A stretch of 64,000 nucleotides of DNA from Eledone cirrhosa. Taxonomy: Eukaryota. Of this stretch, positions 38,379-50,313 are shown in pieces. The notes beneath the pieces were generated by a model. The model did no database searches. It saw nothing but the letters and a program-made list of their open reading frames with translations, and was not told the DNA's origin. The stretch spans positions 172,856,001 through 172,920,000 of the forward strand of contig OZ024740.1 of the NCBI GenBank assembly GCA_964016885.1, given 5' to 3'. Within the stretch, counting starts at the first letter, position 1, and the number at the start of each line of letters is the position of its first letter. A program made the position numbers and the translations under genes.

Positions 38379-38507
38379 ATAGGAAGGAGTAGGACCTCGA
38401 CGGGTGAGTTCAAGCCGTTTCGACGGCTAATTCTGGACTAAAATTTGTTTTAGTCCAGAATTAGCCGTCGAAACGGCTTTGAGCTCAGCCGTCGGGGTCC
38501 TACTCGT

Positions 38508-38513
<6 letters not shown>
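38379..38513 (+). mobile_element. Hairpin family A, palindrome part (its tail is displaced to 48737-48819)
   Basis: aggaaggagtaggacctcgacgg..tttcgacggctaattctggactaaaa-tttg-ttttagtccagaattagccgtcgaaac..ccgtcggggtcctactcgtccctat. Confidence 0.85.
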
Positions 38514-38580
<67 letters not shown>

Positions 38581-39151
38581 TATGTATATATATATAGACA
38601 CGTGTTCTATATATTGCGTCTCATGGATTATGTGAGTGGTGGTGTGAGCGAAGACAGTGGTGCGGCTTTGCCTACGATACAATAAGGTTTATAGTATGTT
38701 GAATGTTTTTGATATTTTGGTGTTTCCTTGCATCCGAGACTGTATATCATACAGATGTATGAGAATAAATGACTTAATAATTCAGCCCGCATAATAAGAT
38801 CGATTGCCTGCTTCAACTGCCTGACCCTGCAAATACCATTCTGACGCACTCTAATCATGTATAAATAAGACACGCGTGCATGCTACACGTGAGATTGTTT
38901 CATACACTGACTACTCTAAGCTTTCCTCTTGCTTTATCTTCATAGACTGCCAACGCTTCATGTTTATCTTTATTTTCATTCTTGCTTTTATTTTTATTTT
39001 TATTTTTATTTTTATCCTGTAACCTTTACATGTAAATTGCCATGCTATATCATTTGATGAATGTCACCCCACTGTTGATCAATATGCGCATATGTTTTAT
39101 GTGTCTCTTGGGTTGAAAAGGAGGTCAAGTATGTTATAGATCAGTAAATAG

Positions 39152-39200
39152 TTGCTCCGAAGAATCCAAACCTCGGTTTGGAGGAAACAATTGTAAGCAA
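39152..39200 (+). ncRNA. Minimal hammerhead ribozyme with variant core
   Basis: ttgct CCGAAGA a-tccaaac-ctcg-gtttgga-g GAAA caattg TA agcaa. Confidence 0.75.
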
Positions 39201-39453
39201 ATAAATGACTTAAACTGAACTTTGATTATTGTAATCTCTATATAACTGCTCTGTAAAACAACTGATGTTATTACATTGAGCTATTTATCTTACTGGTAAT
39301 AGGATAGTAATTAATGACTATCTTTCACTATTTAAGGTTTGTATATATAATATATTACCATTAAAGGTTTTATTACATACATAACCATAAATAGTACCCT
39401 TAATACTAATAACTGCTCCACTTTGTTGAGCTGATATACCATAAATTACCAGC

Positions 39454-41247
39454 ATGCTGATCAAAGACCAACTCCCTATGTCAACCAAGAACATACCTTT
39501 ACCAACCAAAAATACATATGAAAAGTTGTTGATCAACAGTGTAAACTCCTTTATCAATAGAGTGAGATGGAGGACATTCCATTATGATAGAAACAAATCT
39601 GGCAAGGATAATAACACCAACAAATTTGACTCCTTCGGCTTTAAAACATTTAGAAGCCCCCCTCATAACACACTACTAAACCACTTCGAAAACGACCTAA
39701 TTAAACTAGTTAAAAACATTAAATACAAAAAACACCATAATAAAAACAACACCTTCTTAACCAAACTTAGCACCTCTATTAATGACTTCAAAACTAGTAG
39801 TAACATTTTTGTACATGCCGACAAAACTAATAACATATACAGCCTAGATTATAATACGTATAGAAAGTTTATATATAATGAACTACATAAAAGCTACAAG
39901 AAAACCACTATGAAAAACTTAGAAGATATTAATATGGAAGGCTATAATATAGTATCCAAACTAGGGCTCCAGAGACATACACAACCTTACACCCCAAACC
40001 CCCCTAGATTCTCTCTGAAGGACCATAAGGTAGACTTCATTAGCAACCCCTCGACTAGACTAATCTGCCCCTCCAGGTCTGACATTGGCATTATCAGTAA
40101 AAAAATTCTAGACAAAATCATCCCACAGATTAAACACAAGATTTACCTTAAACAATGGGGAAATACGGGTGAAGTGATTGAATGGTTCAAAAATATCATA
40201 GATAACAAGGATAAAAAATTTATTCAATTTGATATCAACTCTTACTACACCTCTATTTCCCCTATCCTACTAAATAAGGCACTTATAATGGCCATGGACA
40301 ATAGTGACTTGACTAGACCCCAGATTGATGTCATACTTGCGGCCCGTAAAACAATAATCACCTTTGAAGACCAATTATGGACCCGCAAGGATACGCAAAA
40401 CAACTTCGACATTACTATGGGGTCTAGTGACTCGGCGCAGGTCACTGATTTAGTTGGCCTATACTTACTTAACCAAATCCACAGGGAACTCCCGTACCTC
40501 AGCGGTGGTTTGTATCGCGACGATGCACTTCTACTTATAGATTATAAAAAATTCAATATAGAAAGGACTAGAAAACTATTGCACAAAACATTCAAAAACT
40601 TTAACCTTAGTATTACCATGGACAAAAACACCAAAAACGTCAACTTCCTAGACGCCACACTCTACCTAGACTCAATGATATATGCACCTTTCCACAAACC
40701 TAATGAAAAACTCATCTACGTAGATACCAAGTCTAACCACCCTAAATCTATATTGAACTCTATCTCTAAGGGAGTATCTAATAGAATCTCTAATCTATCC
40801 TATGACATAAACACATTTAACAATAACTCGCAGTATTATAATCAGGCATTAGCTAGATCAGGCCATAATACAGGGATAGAGTTCCTACCTACAAAAACAC
40901 ATAGCTACAGCATCATTTCACACAACATGTCCATGGGAAAATTTAACAATAGGAATAGCAACTGCACACATAATAATAGGGATTGTAACAACAAAAGTAA
41001 CCCGCACCACAGAAATGACCATAGGAACATTAAAGGAAACAAATCACCAGACATAAAAAACAGAAATAGAAGAAGAAATAATACATTTTTCAACCCTCCT
41101 TTCAATTTAAACGTCTCTACCAACCTACCTAGGGCTTTCTTCTCACTACTAGATAAACACTTCCCATCCGGCCACAGGTACCACGGCCTTTTAAACAAAA
41201 ACACTATTAAGATCTCATACGCCCAACTTAGCATACCACATAGCTAG
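39454..41247 (+). CDS. Naiad PLE reverse transcriptase, copy 1; frameshifted before the endonuclease
   Basis: STKNIPLP, ADKTNNIY, FIQFDINSYY, FDITMGSSDS, YRDDAL, FLD, SNHP, FFNPPF. Confidence 0.92.
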   Translation: MLIKDQLPMSTKNIPLPTKNTYEKLLINSVNSFINRVRWRTFHYDRNKSGKDNNTNKFDSFGFKTFRSPPHNTLLNHFENDLIKLVKNIKYKKHHNKNNTFLTKLSTSINDFKTSSNIFVHADKTNNIYSLDYNTYRKFIYNELHKSYKKTTMKNLEDINMEGYNIVSKLGLQRHTQPYTPNPPRFSLKDHKVDFISNPSTRLICPSRSDIGIISKKILDKIIPQIKHKIYLKQWGNTGEVIEWFKNIIDNKDKKFIQFDINSYYTSISPILLNKALIMAMDNSDLTRPQIDVILAARKTIITFEDQLWTRKDTQNNFDITMGSSDSAQVTDLVGLYLLNQIHRELPYLSGGLYRDDALLLIDYKKFNIERTRKLLHKTFKNFNLSITMDKNTKNVNFLDATLYLDSMIYAPFHKPNEKLIYVDTKSNHPKSILNSISKGVSNRISNLSYDINTFNNNSQYYNQALARSGHNTGIEFLPTKTHSYSIISHNMSMGKFNNRNSNCTHNNRDCNNKSNPHHRNDHRNIKGNKSPDIKNRNRRRNNTFFNPPFNLNVSTNLPRAFFSLLDKHFPSGHRYHGLLNKNTIKISYAQLSIPHS

Positions 41248-41917
41248 TACAAATAAAAGAAAAATTAATTCTTACTTCCAACAAACTAAATCACAACAGT
41301 CGATAAACCTTCAAAATAACATTCAAAATAACAGTCAAAGTAACATTATAGCAAATAACCGTAATATCAATGGAAATAATAGTAATAGCACTAGTGTAAA
41401 CATTAACGCTGCGTACCACAACCCACATAACCATAACCCTATAGCTAACATCCAAACTTCTACACAGCATAGTAACCGGCAGACTAGCACCCAGAGTAAT
41501 TGTAACTGTAGATCAAGTAGAACCTGCCCTTTAGATAAAAAATGCTTAACCAAGGATATCATATACTCATGTACAGTCACAACTAACAACTCTTCTGAAA
41601 CCTATATAGGCTCTACTTCTAACTGCTTCAAAACTAGATACAATTCGCACCTCCACTCTTTCAAAAAACACAGTCTAGCCAACTCCACTTCACTATCTAG
41701 CTACATACACTATCTAAAAACTAAAAATAAAATATATACACTTAAATGGGAAGTGGTAGGTAGTGCAACATCGTACAAACCACCTAATAAATTTTGTAAC
41801 CTCTGTCTACTAGAGACCCATACTATCATCTTCTCTAAACATAATCTCCTTAATAAAAAATCAGAAGTGTTCGCAACTTGCCAACACTCGTTCCAAAACT
41901 TTAAACCCTATATATAA
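41222..41917 (+). CDS. Out-of-frame continuation: linker + Cys motif + GIY-YIG endonuclease, copy 1 (no ATG, not in ORF track)
   Basis: Open frame PNLAYHIASTNK...CNCRSSRTCPLDKKCLTKDIIY..TYIGST..FKTRYNSH..CNLCLLE..TCQH..PYI*. Confidence 0.9.
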   Translation, partial: PNLAYHIASTNKRKINSYFQQTKSQQSINLQNNIQNNSQSNIIANNRNINGNNSNSTSVNINAAYHNPHNHNPIANIQTSTQHSNRQTSTQSNCNCRSSRTCPLDKKCLTKDIIYSCTVTTNNSSETYIGSTSNCFKTRYNSHLHSFKKHSLANSTSLSSYIHYLKTKNKIYTLKWEVVGSATSYKPPNKFCNLCLLETHTIIFSKHNLLNKKSEVFATCQHSFQNFKPYI

Positions 41918-43848
41918 TAATGTCAGACTGGAACCGGCACCACCCCTTGCAATTAACATCAGTAGCTCACCTTACACCTCACATCCACACCCATTTGTAT
42001 ACTCTAAAGATAATACTGACAGCATTTTAGTACCACCTACCCTGGGAATACCCCCTTGTACCTCTAATTCTGATATCTCGACCGTGGACTGCTTAATCTG
42101 CATTGCACAAATATAAGATTAGTATAAACCGGGGACACGGTACTGGTTGCGATAACATAGTCCTGTGCATGGATTCCCACCAAGAGATATATTGATGATT
42201 AGATAGATAATCGTATTGTTATGTGAATATATACTGTAAACGATCAGTTCAATGAATTATGCACAGGAGCTGCATGAGTTAAGAGCCTCTGTGTTGCCTG
42301 GTGACCTGACCGGCACCTTTTGACGAGAGAACCGGCCACCGGACCACCCTGGTGAATTTACCAGGGATGCAGTCATACTACGACCTGAATCCCGCCGGGA
42401 GTCATGTATGATAATAAGACCATTACTGATAGTGAGACCCATGTAATTAATTATGTAGTCTGACTCTTCTTATGGATTGGCCGGGTGTGGCACCCCATGT
42501 TGGATTGTAGTCATCATGATACGAACTCCTTTAGTACTTGTTACTGGACTCCACTCTAGCTTGTAGATGGGATACCTGATCTATATGTGGGATGTGAGTT
42601 TATGTATTGCTTGGTGGCCAGACAGGTGCCCTGGTATGAGAGATTTAATCTCCAGATTGTAATCATCTCGATGTGAACTCCTTTAGTACCTATTAACAGA
42701 CTCCACTCTAACTTGTAGATGTGATACTTAATTGATTTATATATGAGATGGGGGTTGTCTATTGCTTGATGACCAGACTAGTGCCTTTATATGTGAAATT
42801 AGATCTCCGGACCATACCGAAGATTTACCGGAGATTCAGACATGCAATGACCCGGAGCCTAACGGGGGGCACATATATAATAGTGGGACCATACCAGGTC
42901 CTACTGTTATATTACATTTGCATGGAACAGTGACTTGAGAGTCTGACTCCTCTTATAGAAGGTTCAGATATGACACCCCTTAATGTATCGTAATCATCCT
43001 AATATATACACCCTTGTACTTCTTAATGGGCAACCCTCTAACCTATAATTGGGAAACATACTCTAGAAATTAGTTATAACTTCATATGATAGGCACCTAT
43101 TTGAATCACCATTAATGTAGTTTAGGATAGTAATTTAACTAAGATAACTAGCTAGTTACCTCCCCTTACGCATTAATTCCCCTTAGTCATTCAGACACTT
43201 CCGGAATCTGGACAGCATGATCTATTAATTAAGAACCGACTGGATACGGTTTATAACTTGATTATATGCTGAACCATCGTGAATTATACGATAGACACGT
43301 GTTCTATATATTGCGTCTCATGGATTATGTGAGTGGTGGTGTGAGCGAAGACAGTGGTACGGCTTTGCCTACGATACAATAAGGTTTATAGTATGTTGAA
43401 TGTTTTTGATATTTTGGTGTTTCCCTGCGTCCGAGACTGTATATCATACAGATGTATGAGAATAAATGACTTAATAATTCAGCCCACATAATAAGATCGA
43501 TTGCCTGCTTCAACTGCCTGACCCTGCAAATACCATTCTGACGCACTCTAATCATGTATAAATAAGACACGCGTGCATGCTACACGTGAGATTGTTTCAT
43601 ACACTGACTACTCTAAGCTTTCCTCTTGCTTTATCTTCATAGACTGCCAACGCTTCATGTTTATCTTTATTTTCATTCTTGCTTTTATTTTTATTTTTAT
43701 TTTTATTTTTATCCTGTAACCTTTACATGTAAATTGCCATGCTATATCATTTGATGAATGTCACCCCACTGTTGATCAATATGCGCATATGTTTTATGTG
43801 TCTCTTGGGTTGAAAAGGAGGTCAAGTATGTTATAGATCAGTAAATAG

Positions 43849-43897
43849 TTGCTCCGAAGAATCCAAACCTCGGTTTGGAGGAAACAATTGTAAGCAA
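43849..43897 (+). ncRNA. Variant hammerhead, copy 2
   Basis: Identical to 39152-39200. Confidence 0.75.
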
Positions 43898-44150
43898 ATA
43901 AATGACTTAAACTGAACTTTGATTATTGTAATCTCTATATAACTGCTCTGTAAAACAACTGATGTTATTACATTGAGCTATTTATCTTACTGGTAATAGG
44001 ATAGTAATTAATGACTATCTTTCACTATTTAAGGTTTGTATATATAATATATTACCATTAAAGGTTTTATTACATACATAACCATAAATAGTACCCTTAA
44101 TACTAATAACTGCTCCACTTTGTTGAGCTGATATACCATAAATTACCAGC

Positions 44151-45944
44151 ATGCTGATCAAAGACCAACTCCCTATGTCAACCAAGAACATACCTTTACC
44201 AACCAAAAATACATATGAAAAGTTGTTGATCAACAGTGTAAACTCCTTTATCAATAGAGTGAGATGGAGGACATTCCATTATGATAGAAACAAATCTGGC
44301 AAGGATAATAACACCAACAAATTTGACTCCTTCGGCTTTAAAACATTTAGAAGCCCCCCTCATAACACACTACTAAACCACTTCGAAAACGACCTAATTA
44401 AACTAGTTAAAAACATTAAATACAAAAAACACCATAATAAAAACAACACCTTCTTAACCAAACTTAGCACCTCTATTAATGACTTCAAAACTAGTAGTAA
44501 CATTTTTGTACATGCCGACAAAACTAATAACATATACAGCCTAGATTATAATACGTATAGAAAGTTTATATATAATGAACTACATAAAAGCTACAAGAAA
44601 ACCACTATGAAAAACTTAGAAGATATTAATATGGAAGGCTATAATATAGTATCCAAACTAGGGCTCCAGAGACATACACAACCTTACACCCCAAACCCCC
44701 CTAGATTCTCTCTGAAGGACCATAAGGTAGACTTCATTAGCAACCCCTCGACTAGACTAATCTGCCCCTCCAGGTCTGACATTGGCATTATCAGTAAAAA
44801 AATTCTAGACAAAATCATCCCACAGATTAAACACAAGATTTACCTTAAACAATGGGGAAATACGGGTGAAGTGATTGAATGGTTCAAAAATATCATAGAT
44901 AACAAGGATAAAAAATTTATTCAATTTGATATCAACTCTTACTACACCTCTATTTCCCCTATCCTACTAAATAAGGCACTTATAATGGCCATGGACAATA
45001 GTGACTTGACTAGACCCCAGATTGATGTCATACTTGCGGCCCGTAAAACAATAATCACCTTTGAAGACCAATTATGGACCCGCAAGGATACGCAAAACAA
45101 CTTCGACATTACTATGGGGTCTAGTGACTCGGCGCAGGTCACTGATTTAGTTGGCCTATACTTACTTAACCAAATCCACAGGGAACTCCCGTACCTCAGC
45201 GGTGGTTTGTATCGCGACGATGCACTTCTACTTATAGATTATAAAAAATTCAATATAGAAAGGACTAGAAAACTATTGCACAAAACATTCAAAAACTTTA
45301 ACCTTAGTATTACCATGGACAAAAACACCAAAAACGTCAACTTCCTAGACGCCACACTCTACCTAGACTCAATGATATATGCACCTTTCCACAAACCTAA
45401 TGAAAAACTCATCTACGTAGATACCAAGTCTAACCACCCTAAATCTATATTGAACTCTATCTCTAAGGGAGTATCTAATAGAATCTCTAATCTATCCTAT
45501 GACATAAACACATTTAACAATAACTCGCAGTATTATAATCAGGCATTAGCTAGATCAGGCCATAATACAGGGATAGAGTTCCTACCTACAAAAACACATA
45601 GCTACAGCATCATTTCACACAACATGTCCATGGGAAAATTTAACAATAGGAATAGCAACTGCACACATAATAATAGGGATTGTAACAACAAAAGTAACCC
45701 GCACCACAGAAATGACCATAGGAACATTAAAGGAAACAAATCACCAGACATAAAAAACAGAAATAGAAGAAGAAATAATACATTTTTCAACCCTCCTTTC
45801 AATTTAAACGTCTCTACCAACCTACCTAGGGCTTTCTTCTCACTACTAGATAAACACTTCCCATCCGGCCACAGGTACCACGGCCTTTTAAACAAAAACA
45901 CTATTAAGATCTCATACGCCCAACTTAGCATACCACATAGCTAG
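44151..45944 (+). CDS. Naiad PLE reverse transcriptase, copy 2; same frameshift
   Basis: Translation identical to 39454-41247. Confidence 0.92.
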   Translation: MLIKDQLPMSTKNIPLPTKNTYEKLLINSVNSFINRVRWRTFHYDRNKSGKDNNTNKFDSFGFKTFRSPPHNTLLNHFENDLIKLVKNIKYKKHHNKNNTFLTKLSTSINDFKTSSNIFVHADKTNNIYSLDYNTYRKFIYNELHKSYKKTTMKNLEDINMEGYNIVSKLGLQRHTQPYTPNPPRFSLKDHKVDFISNPSTRLICPSRSDIGIISKKILDKIIPQIKHKIYLKQWGNTGEVIEWFKNIIDNKDKKFIQFDINSYYTSISPILLNKALIMAMDNSDLTRPQIDVILAARKTIITFEDQLWTRKDTQNNFDITMGSSDSAQVTDLVGLYLLNQIHRELPYLSGGLYRDDALLLIDYKKFNIERTRKLLHKTFKNFNLSITMDKNTKNVNFLDATLYLDSMIYAPFHKPNEKLIYVDTKSNHPKSILNSISKGVSNRISNLSYDINTFNNNSQYYNQALARSGHNTGIEFLPTKTHSYSIISHNMSMGKFNNRNSNCTHNNRDCNNKSNPHHRNDHRNIKGNKSPDIKNRNRRRNNTFFNPPFNLNVSTNLPRAFFSLLDKHFPSGHRYHGLLNKNTIKISYAQLSIPHS

Positions 45945-46614
45945 TACAAATAAAAGAAAAATTAATTCTTACTTCCAACAAACTAAATCACAACAGTCGA
46001 TAAACCTTCAAAATAACATTCAAAATAACAGTCAAAGTAACATTATAGCAAATAACCGTAATATCAATGGAAATAATAGTAATAGCACTAGTGTAAACAT
46101 TAACGCTGCGTACCACAACCCACATAACCATAACCCTATAGCTAACATCCAAACTTCTACACAGCATAGTAACCGGCAGACTAGCACCCAGAGTAATTGT
46201 AACTGTAGATCAAGTAGAACCTGCCCTTTAGATAAAAAATGCTTAACCAAGGATATCATATACTCATGTACAGTCACAACTAACAACTCTTCTGAAACCT
46301 ATATAGGCTCTACTTCTAACTGCTTCAAAACTAGATACAATTCGCACCTCCACTCTTTCAAAAAACACAGTCTAGCCAACTCCACTTCACTATCTAGCTA
46401 CATACACTATCTAAAAACTAAAAATAAAATATATACACTTAAATGGGAAGTGGTAGGTAGTGCAACATCGTACAAACCACCTAATAAATTTTGTAACCTC
46501 TGTCTACTAGAGACCCATACTATCATCTTCTCTAAACATAATCTCCTTAATAAAAAATCAGAAGTGTTCGCAACTTGCCAACACTCGTTCCAAAACTTTA
46601 AACCCTATATATAA
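45919..46614 (+). CDS. Out-of-frame GIY-YIG endonuclease, copy 2
   Basis: Same as 41222-41917 shifted by 4697. Confidence 0.9.
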   Translation, partial: PNLAYHIASTNKRKINSYFQQTKSQQSINLQNNIQNNSQSNIIANNRNINGNNSNSTSVNINAAYHNPHNHNPIANIQTSTQHSNRQTSTQSNCNCRSSRTCPLDKKCLTKDIIYSCTVTTNNSSETYIGSTSNCFKTRYNSHLHSFKKHSLANSTSLSSYIHYLKTKNKIYTLKWEVVGSATSYKPPNKFCNLCLLETHTIIFSKHNLLNKKSEVFATCQHSFQNFKPYI

Positions 46615-48545
46615 TAATGTCAGACTGGAACCGGCACCACCCCTTGCAATTAACATCAGTAGCTCACCTTACACCTCACATCCACACCCATTTGTATACT
46701 CTAAAGATAATACTGACAGCATTTTAGTACCACCTACCCTGGGAATACCCCCTTGTACCTCTAATTCTGATATCTCGACCGTGGACTGCTTAATCTGCAT
46801 TGCACAAATATAAGATTAGTATAAACCGGGGACACGGTACTGGTTGCGATAACATAGTCCTGTGCATGGATTCCCACCAAGAGATATATTGATGATTAGA
46901 TAGATAATCGTATTGTTATGTGAATATATACTGTAAACGATCAGTTCAATGAATTATGCACAGGAGCTGCATGAGTTAAGAGCCTCTGTGTTGCCTGGTG
47001 ACCTGACCGGCACCTTTTGACGAGAGAACCGGCCACCGGACCACCCTGGTGAATTTACCAGGGATGCAGTCATACTACGACCTGAATCCCGCCGGGAGTC
47101 ATGTATGATAATAAGACCATTACTGATAGTGAGACCCATGTAATTAATTATGTAGTCTGACTCTTCTTATGGATTGGCCGGGTGTGGCACCCCATGTTGG
47201 ATTGTAGTCATCATGATACGAACTCCTTTAGTACTTGTTACTGGACTCCACTCTAGCTTGTAGATGGGATACCTGATCTATATGTGGGATGTGAGTTTAT
47301 GTATTGCTTGGTGGCCAGACAGGTGCCCTGGTATGAGAGATTTAATCTCCAGATTGTAATCATCTCGATGTGAACTCCTTTAGTACCTATTAACAGACTC
47401 CACTCTAACTTGTAGATGTGATACTTAATTGATTTATATATGAGATGGGGGTTGTCTATTGCTTGATGACCAGACTAGTGCCTTTATATGTGAAATTAGA
47501 TCTCCGGACCATACCGAAGATTTACCGGAGATTCAGACATGCAATGACCCGGAGCCTAACGGGGGGCACATATATAATAGTGGGACCATACCAGGTCCTA
47601 CTGTTATATTACATTTGCATGGAACAGTGACTTGAGAGTCTGACTCCTCTTATAGAAGGTTCAGATATGACACCCCTTAATGTATCGTAATCATCCTAAT
47701 ATATACACCCTTGTACTTCTTAATGGGCAACCCTCTAACCTATAATTGGGAAACATACTCTAGAAATTAGTTATAACTTCATATGATAGGCACCTATTTG
47801 AATCACCATTAATGTAGTTTAGGATAGTAATTTAACTAAGATAACTAGCTAGTTACCTCCCCTTACGCATTAATTCCCCTTAGTCATTCAGACACTTCCG
47901 GAATCTGGACAGCATGATCTATTAATTAAGAACCGACTGGATACGGTTTATAACTTGATTATATGCTGAACCATCGTGAATTATACGATAGACACGTGTT
48001 CTATATATTGCGTCTCATGGATTATGTGAGTGGTGGTGTGAGCGAAGACAGTGGTACGGCTTTGCCTACGATACAATAAGGTTTATAGTATGTTGAATGT
48101 TTTTGATATTTTGGTGTTTCCCTGCGTCCGAGACTGTATATCATACAGATGTATGAGAATAAATGACTTAATAATTCAGCCCACATAATAAGATCGATTG
48201 CCTGCTTCAACTGCCTGACCCTGCAAATACCATTCTGACGCACTCTAATCATGTATAAATAAGACACGCGTGCATGCTACACGTGAGATTGTTTCATACA
48301 CTGACTACTCTAAGCTTTCCTCTTGCTTTATCTTCATAGACTGCCAACGCTTCATGTTTATCTTTATTTTCATTCTTGCTTTTATTTTTATTTTTATTTT
48401 TATTTTTATCCTGTAACCTTTACATGTAAATTGCCATGCTATATCATTTGATGAATGTCACCCCACTGTTGATCAATATGCGCATATGTTTTATGTGTCT
48501 CTTGGGTTGAAAAGGAGGTCAAGTATGTTATAGATCAGTAAATAG

Positions 48546-48594
48546 TTGCTCCGAAGAATCCAAACCTCGGTTTGGAGGAAACAATTGTAAGCAA
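48546..48594 (+). ncRNA. Variant hammerhead, copy 3
   Basis: Identical to 39152-39200. Confidence 0.75.
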
Positions 48595-48656
48595 ATAAAT
48601 GACTTAAACTGAACTTTGATTATTGTAATCTCTCTCTCTATATATATATATACATA

Positions 48657-48736
<80 letters not shown>

Positions 48737-48741
<5 letters not shown>

Positions 48742-48819
48742 CCCACTCTACTACCCTAAGTATTGAGTACTTTGGTGCGTTATGGTCCACCTGGTTCCTT
48801 ACCACATTTCCTTCGTTAT
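48737..48819 (+). mobile_element. Hairpin family A tail
   Basis: tacccactctactaccctaagtattgagtactttggtgcgttatggtccacctggttccttaccacatttccttcg. Confidence 0.85.
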
Positions 48820-48871
48820 ATATATTTATATATATATACATATGCGAGTATACATCCGCATCGTTCTAATT

Positions 48872-48981
<110 letters not shown>

Positions 48982-49056
48982 CATATAATATATATATATA
49001 TAATATATATATATATAATATATATAATATATATATATATAATATATATATAATAT

Positions 49057-49412
49057 ATACATGTAATATTATAAAGCTGACCGTCGTATGTATGCATTAT
49101 GTATGTATCCTACACACCACCCTATAGTTTCTTAGCTTTACTCTCTCCGAGGCTCTTCCCTCTCTCTATACTAGATCACCCCCCCCCCTCTATAATTCAA
49201 CTGCTTTACTCTCTCTGTCGCTCTTCACTCTCAAATATTATAAGGCTGAGCGTCGTCTCACTCTCTCTCTCCCTCTTTCACCCACTCTATCATTTAACTG
49301 ATTTACTCTCTGTCTCTCTTCACTCTCTGTATGACAACACTCTTTTACTTTCCGAAGAGACAAATATAATAATGTATGTATCTGACACACTTTTTCTGTC
49401 GTCGCTCACATA

Positions 49413-49448
<36 letters not shown>

Positions 49449-49478
49449 ACGCACACACACACAAACACACACACACAT

Positions 49479-49545
<67 letters not shown>

Positions 49546-49821
49546 CGCGCGCACACGGACACACATACACACAAATGCTTTCACACCTGATTTCGCCAAT
49601 TGCCGGATAACATCAAAACAAAACACAAGACACACACATGCACATACACACATACACACATACACACACACATACACATACACACACACATATCTATATT
49701 TTATATGTATGTAAGATCATTCCCCCTCTCTATAATTTAACTTCTTTACTCTCTCTGTCGCTCCTCACTCTCTATATGACAACACTGTTTCAGTTTCCGT
49801 ATCTCCCTTCAATATATACAC

Positions 49822-49902
<81 letters not shown>

Positions 49903-50111
49903 GATTAGGAAAACTACACACACACATCTACAGAGAGAGACAGAAAAACAGAGGGAGGGGAAAATAGAGAGATAGCCCGTTAGACAGAGAGATACAATTA
50001 AAGTGCTAGTTATTCAGAGAGAGAGAGAGTCGGAAGGACGTGTGGTACCTTTGCAGTGGAGTGGTCGAGGCAGGTATACCTAGCCGGACGCCAGCCGAAC
50101 GGGCCAGCTAG
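49057..50111 (+). mobile_element. Probable non-autonomous Helitron carrying microsatellites
   Basis: 5' taatattataaagctg..tatgtatg resembles Helitron starts; GC-rich 3' end gccagccgaacgggccagCTAG|t. Confidence 0.5.
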
Positions 50112-50214
50112 TATATACATATGCGAGTATACATCCGCATCGTTCTAATTTTAAATAAATTGGAAAATAAACACATATTCTGTGACAGAAAGAAGTATAA
50201 AAAACTTATACAGA

Positions 50215-50313
<99 letters not shown>

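Larger units (their letters stand above)
38594..48633 (+). mobile_element. Naiad-type PLE tandem array: pLTR-body-pLTR-body-pLTR, unit 4697 bp
   Basis: Identical ORF translations at 39454 and 44151; ~646-bp pLTRs at 38594, 43291 and 47988; (TA)n flanks. Confidence 0.95.

Noticed and set aside
38662-38789. A-to-I editing signature in pLTR1
   Set aside because: Only two of the four differences are A-to-G; too few to support.
38594-48633. LTR retrotransposon
   Set aside because: No gag, protease or integrase and no TG..CA ends; RT and GIY-YIG motifs are Penelope-like.
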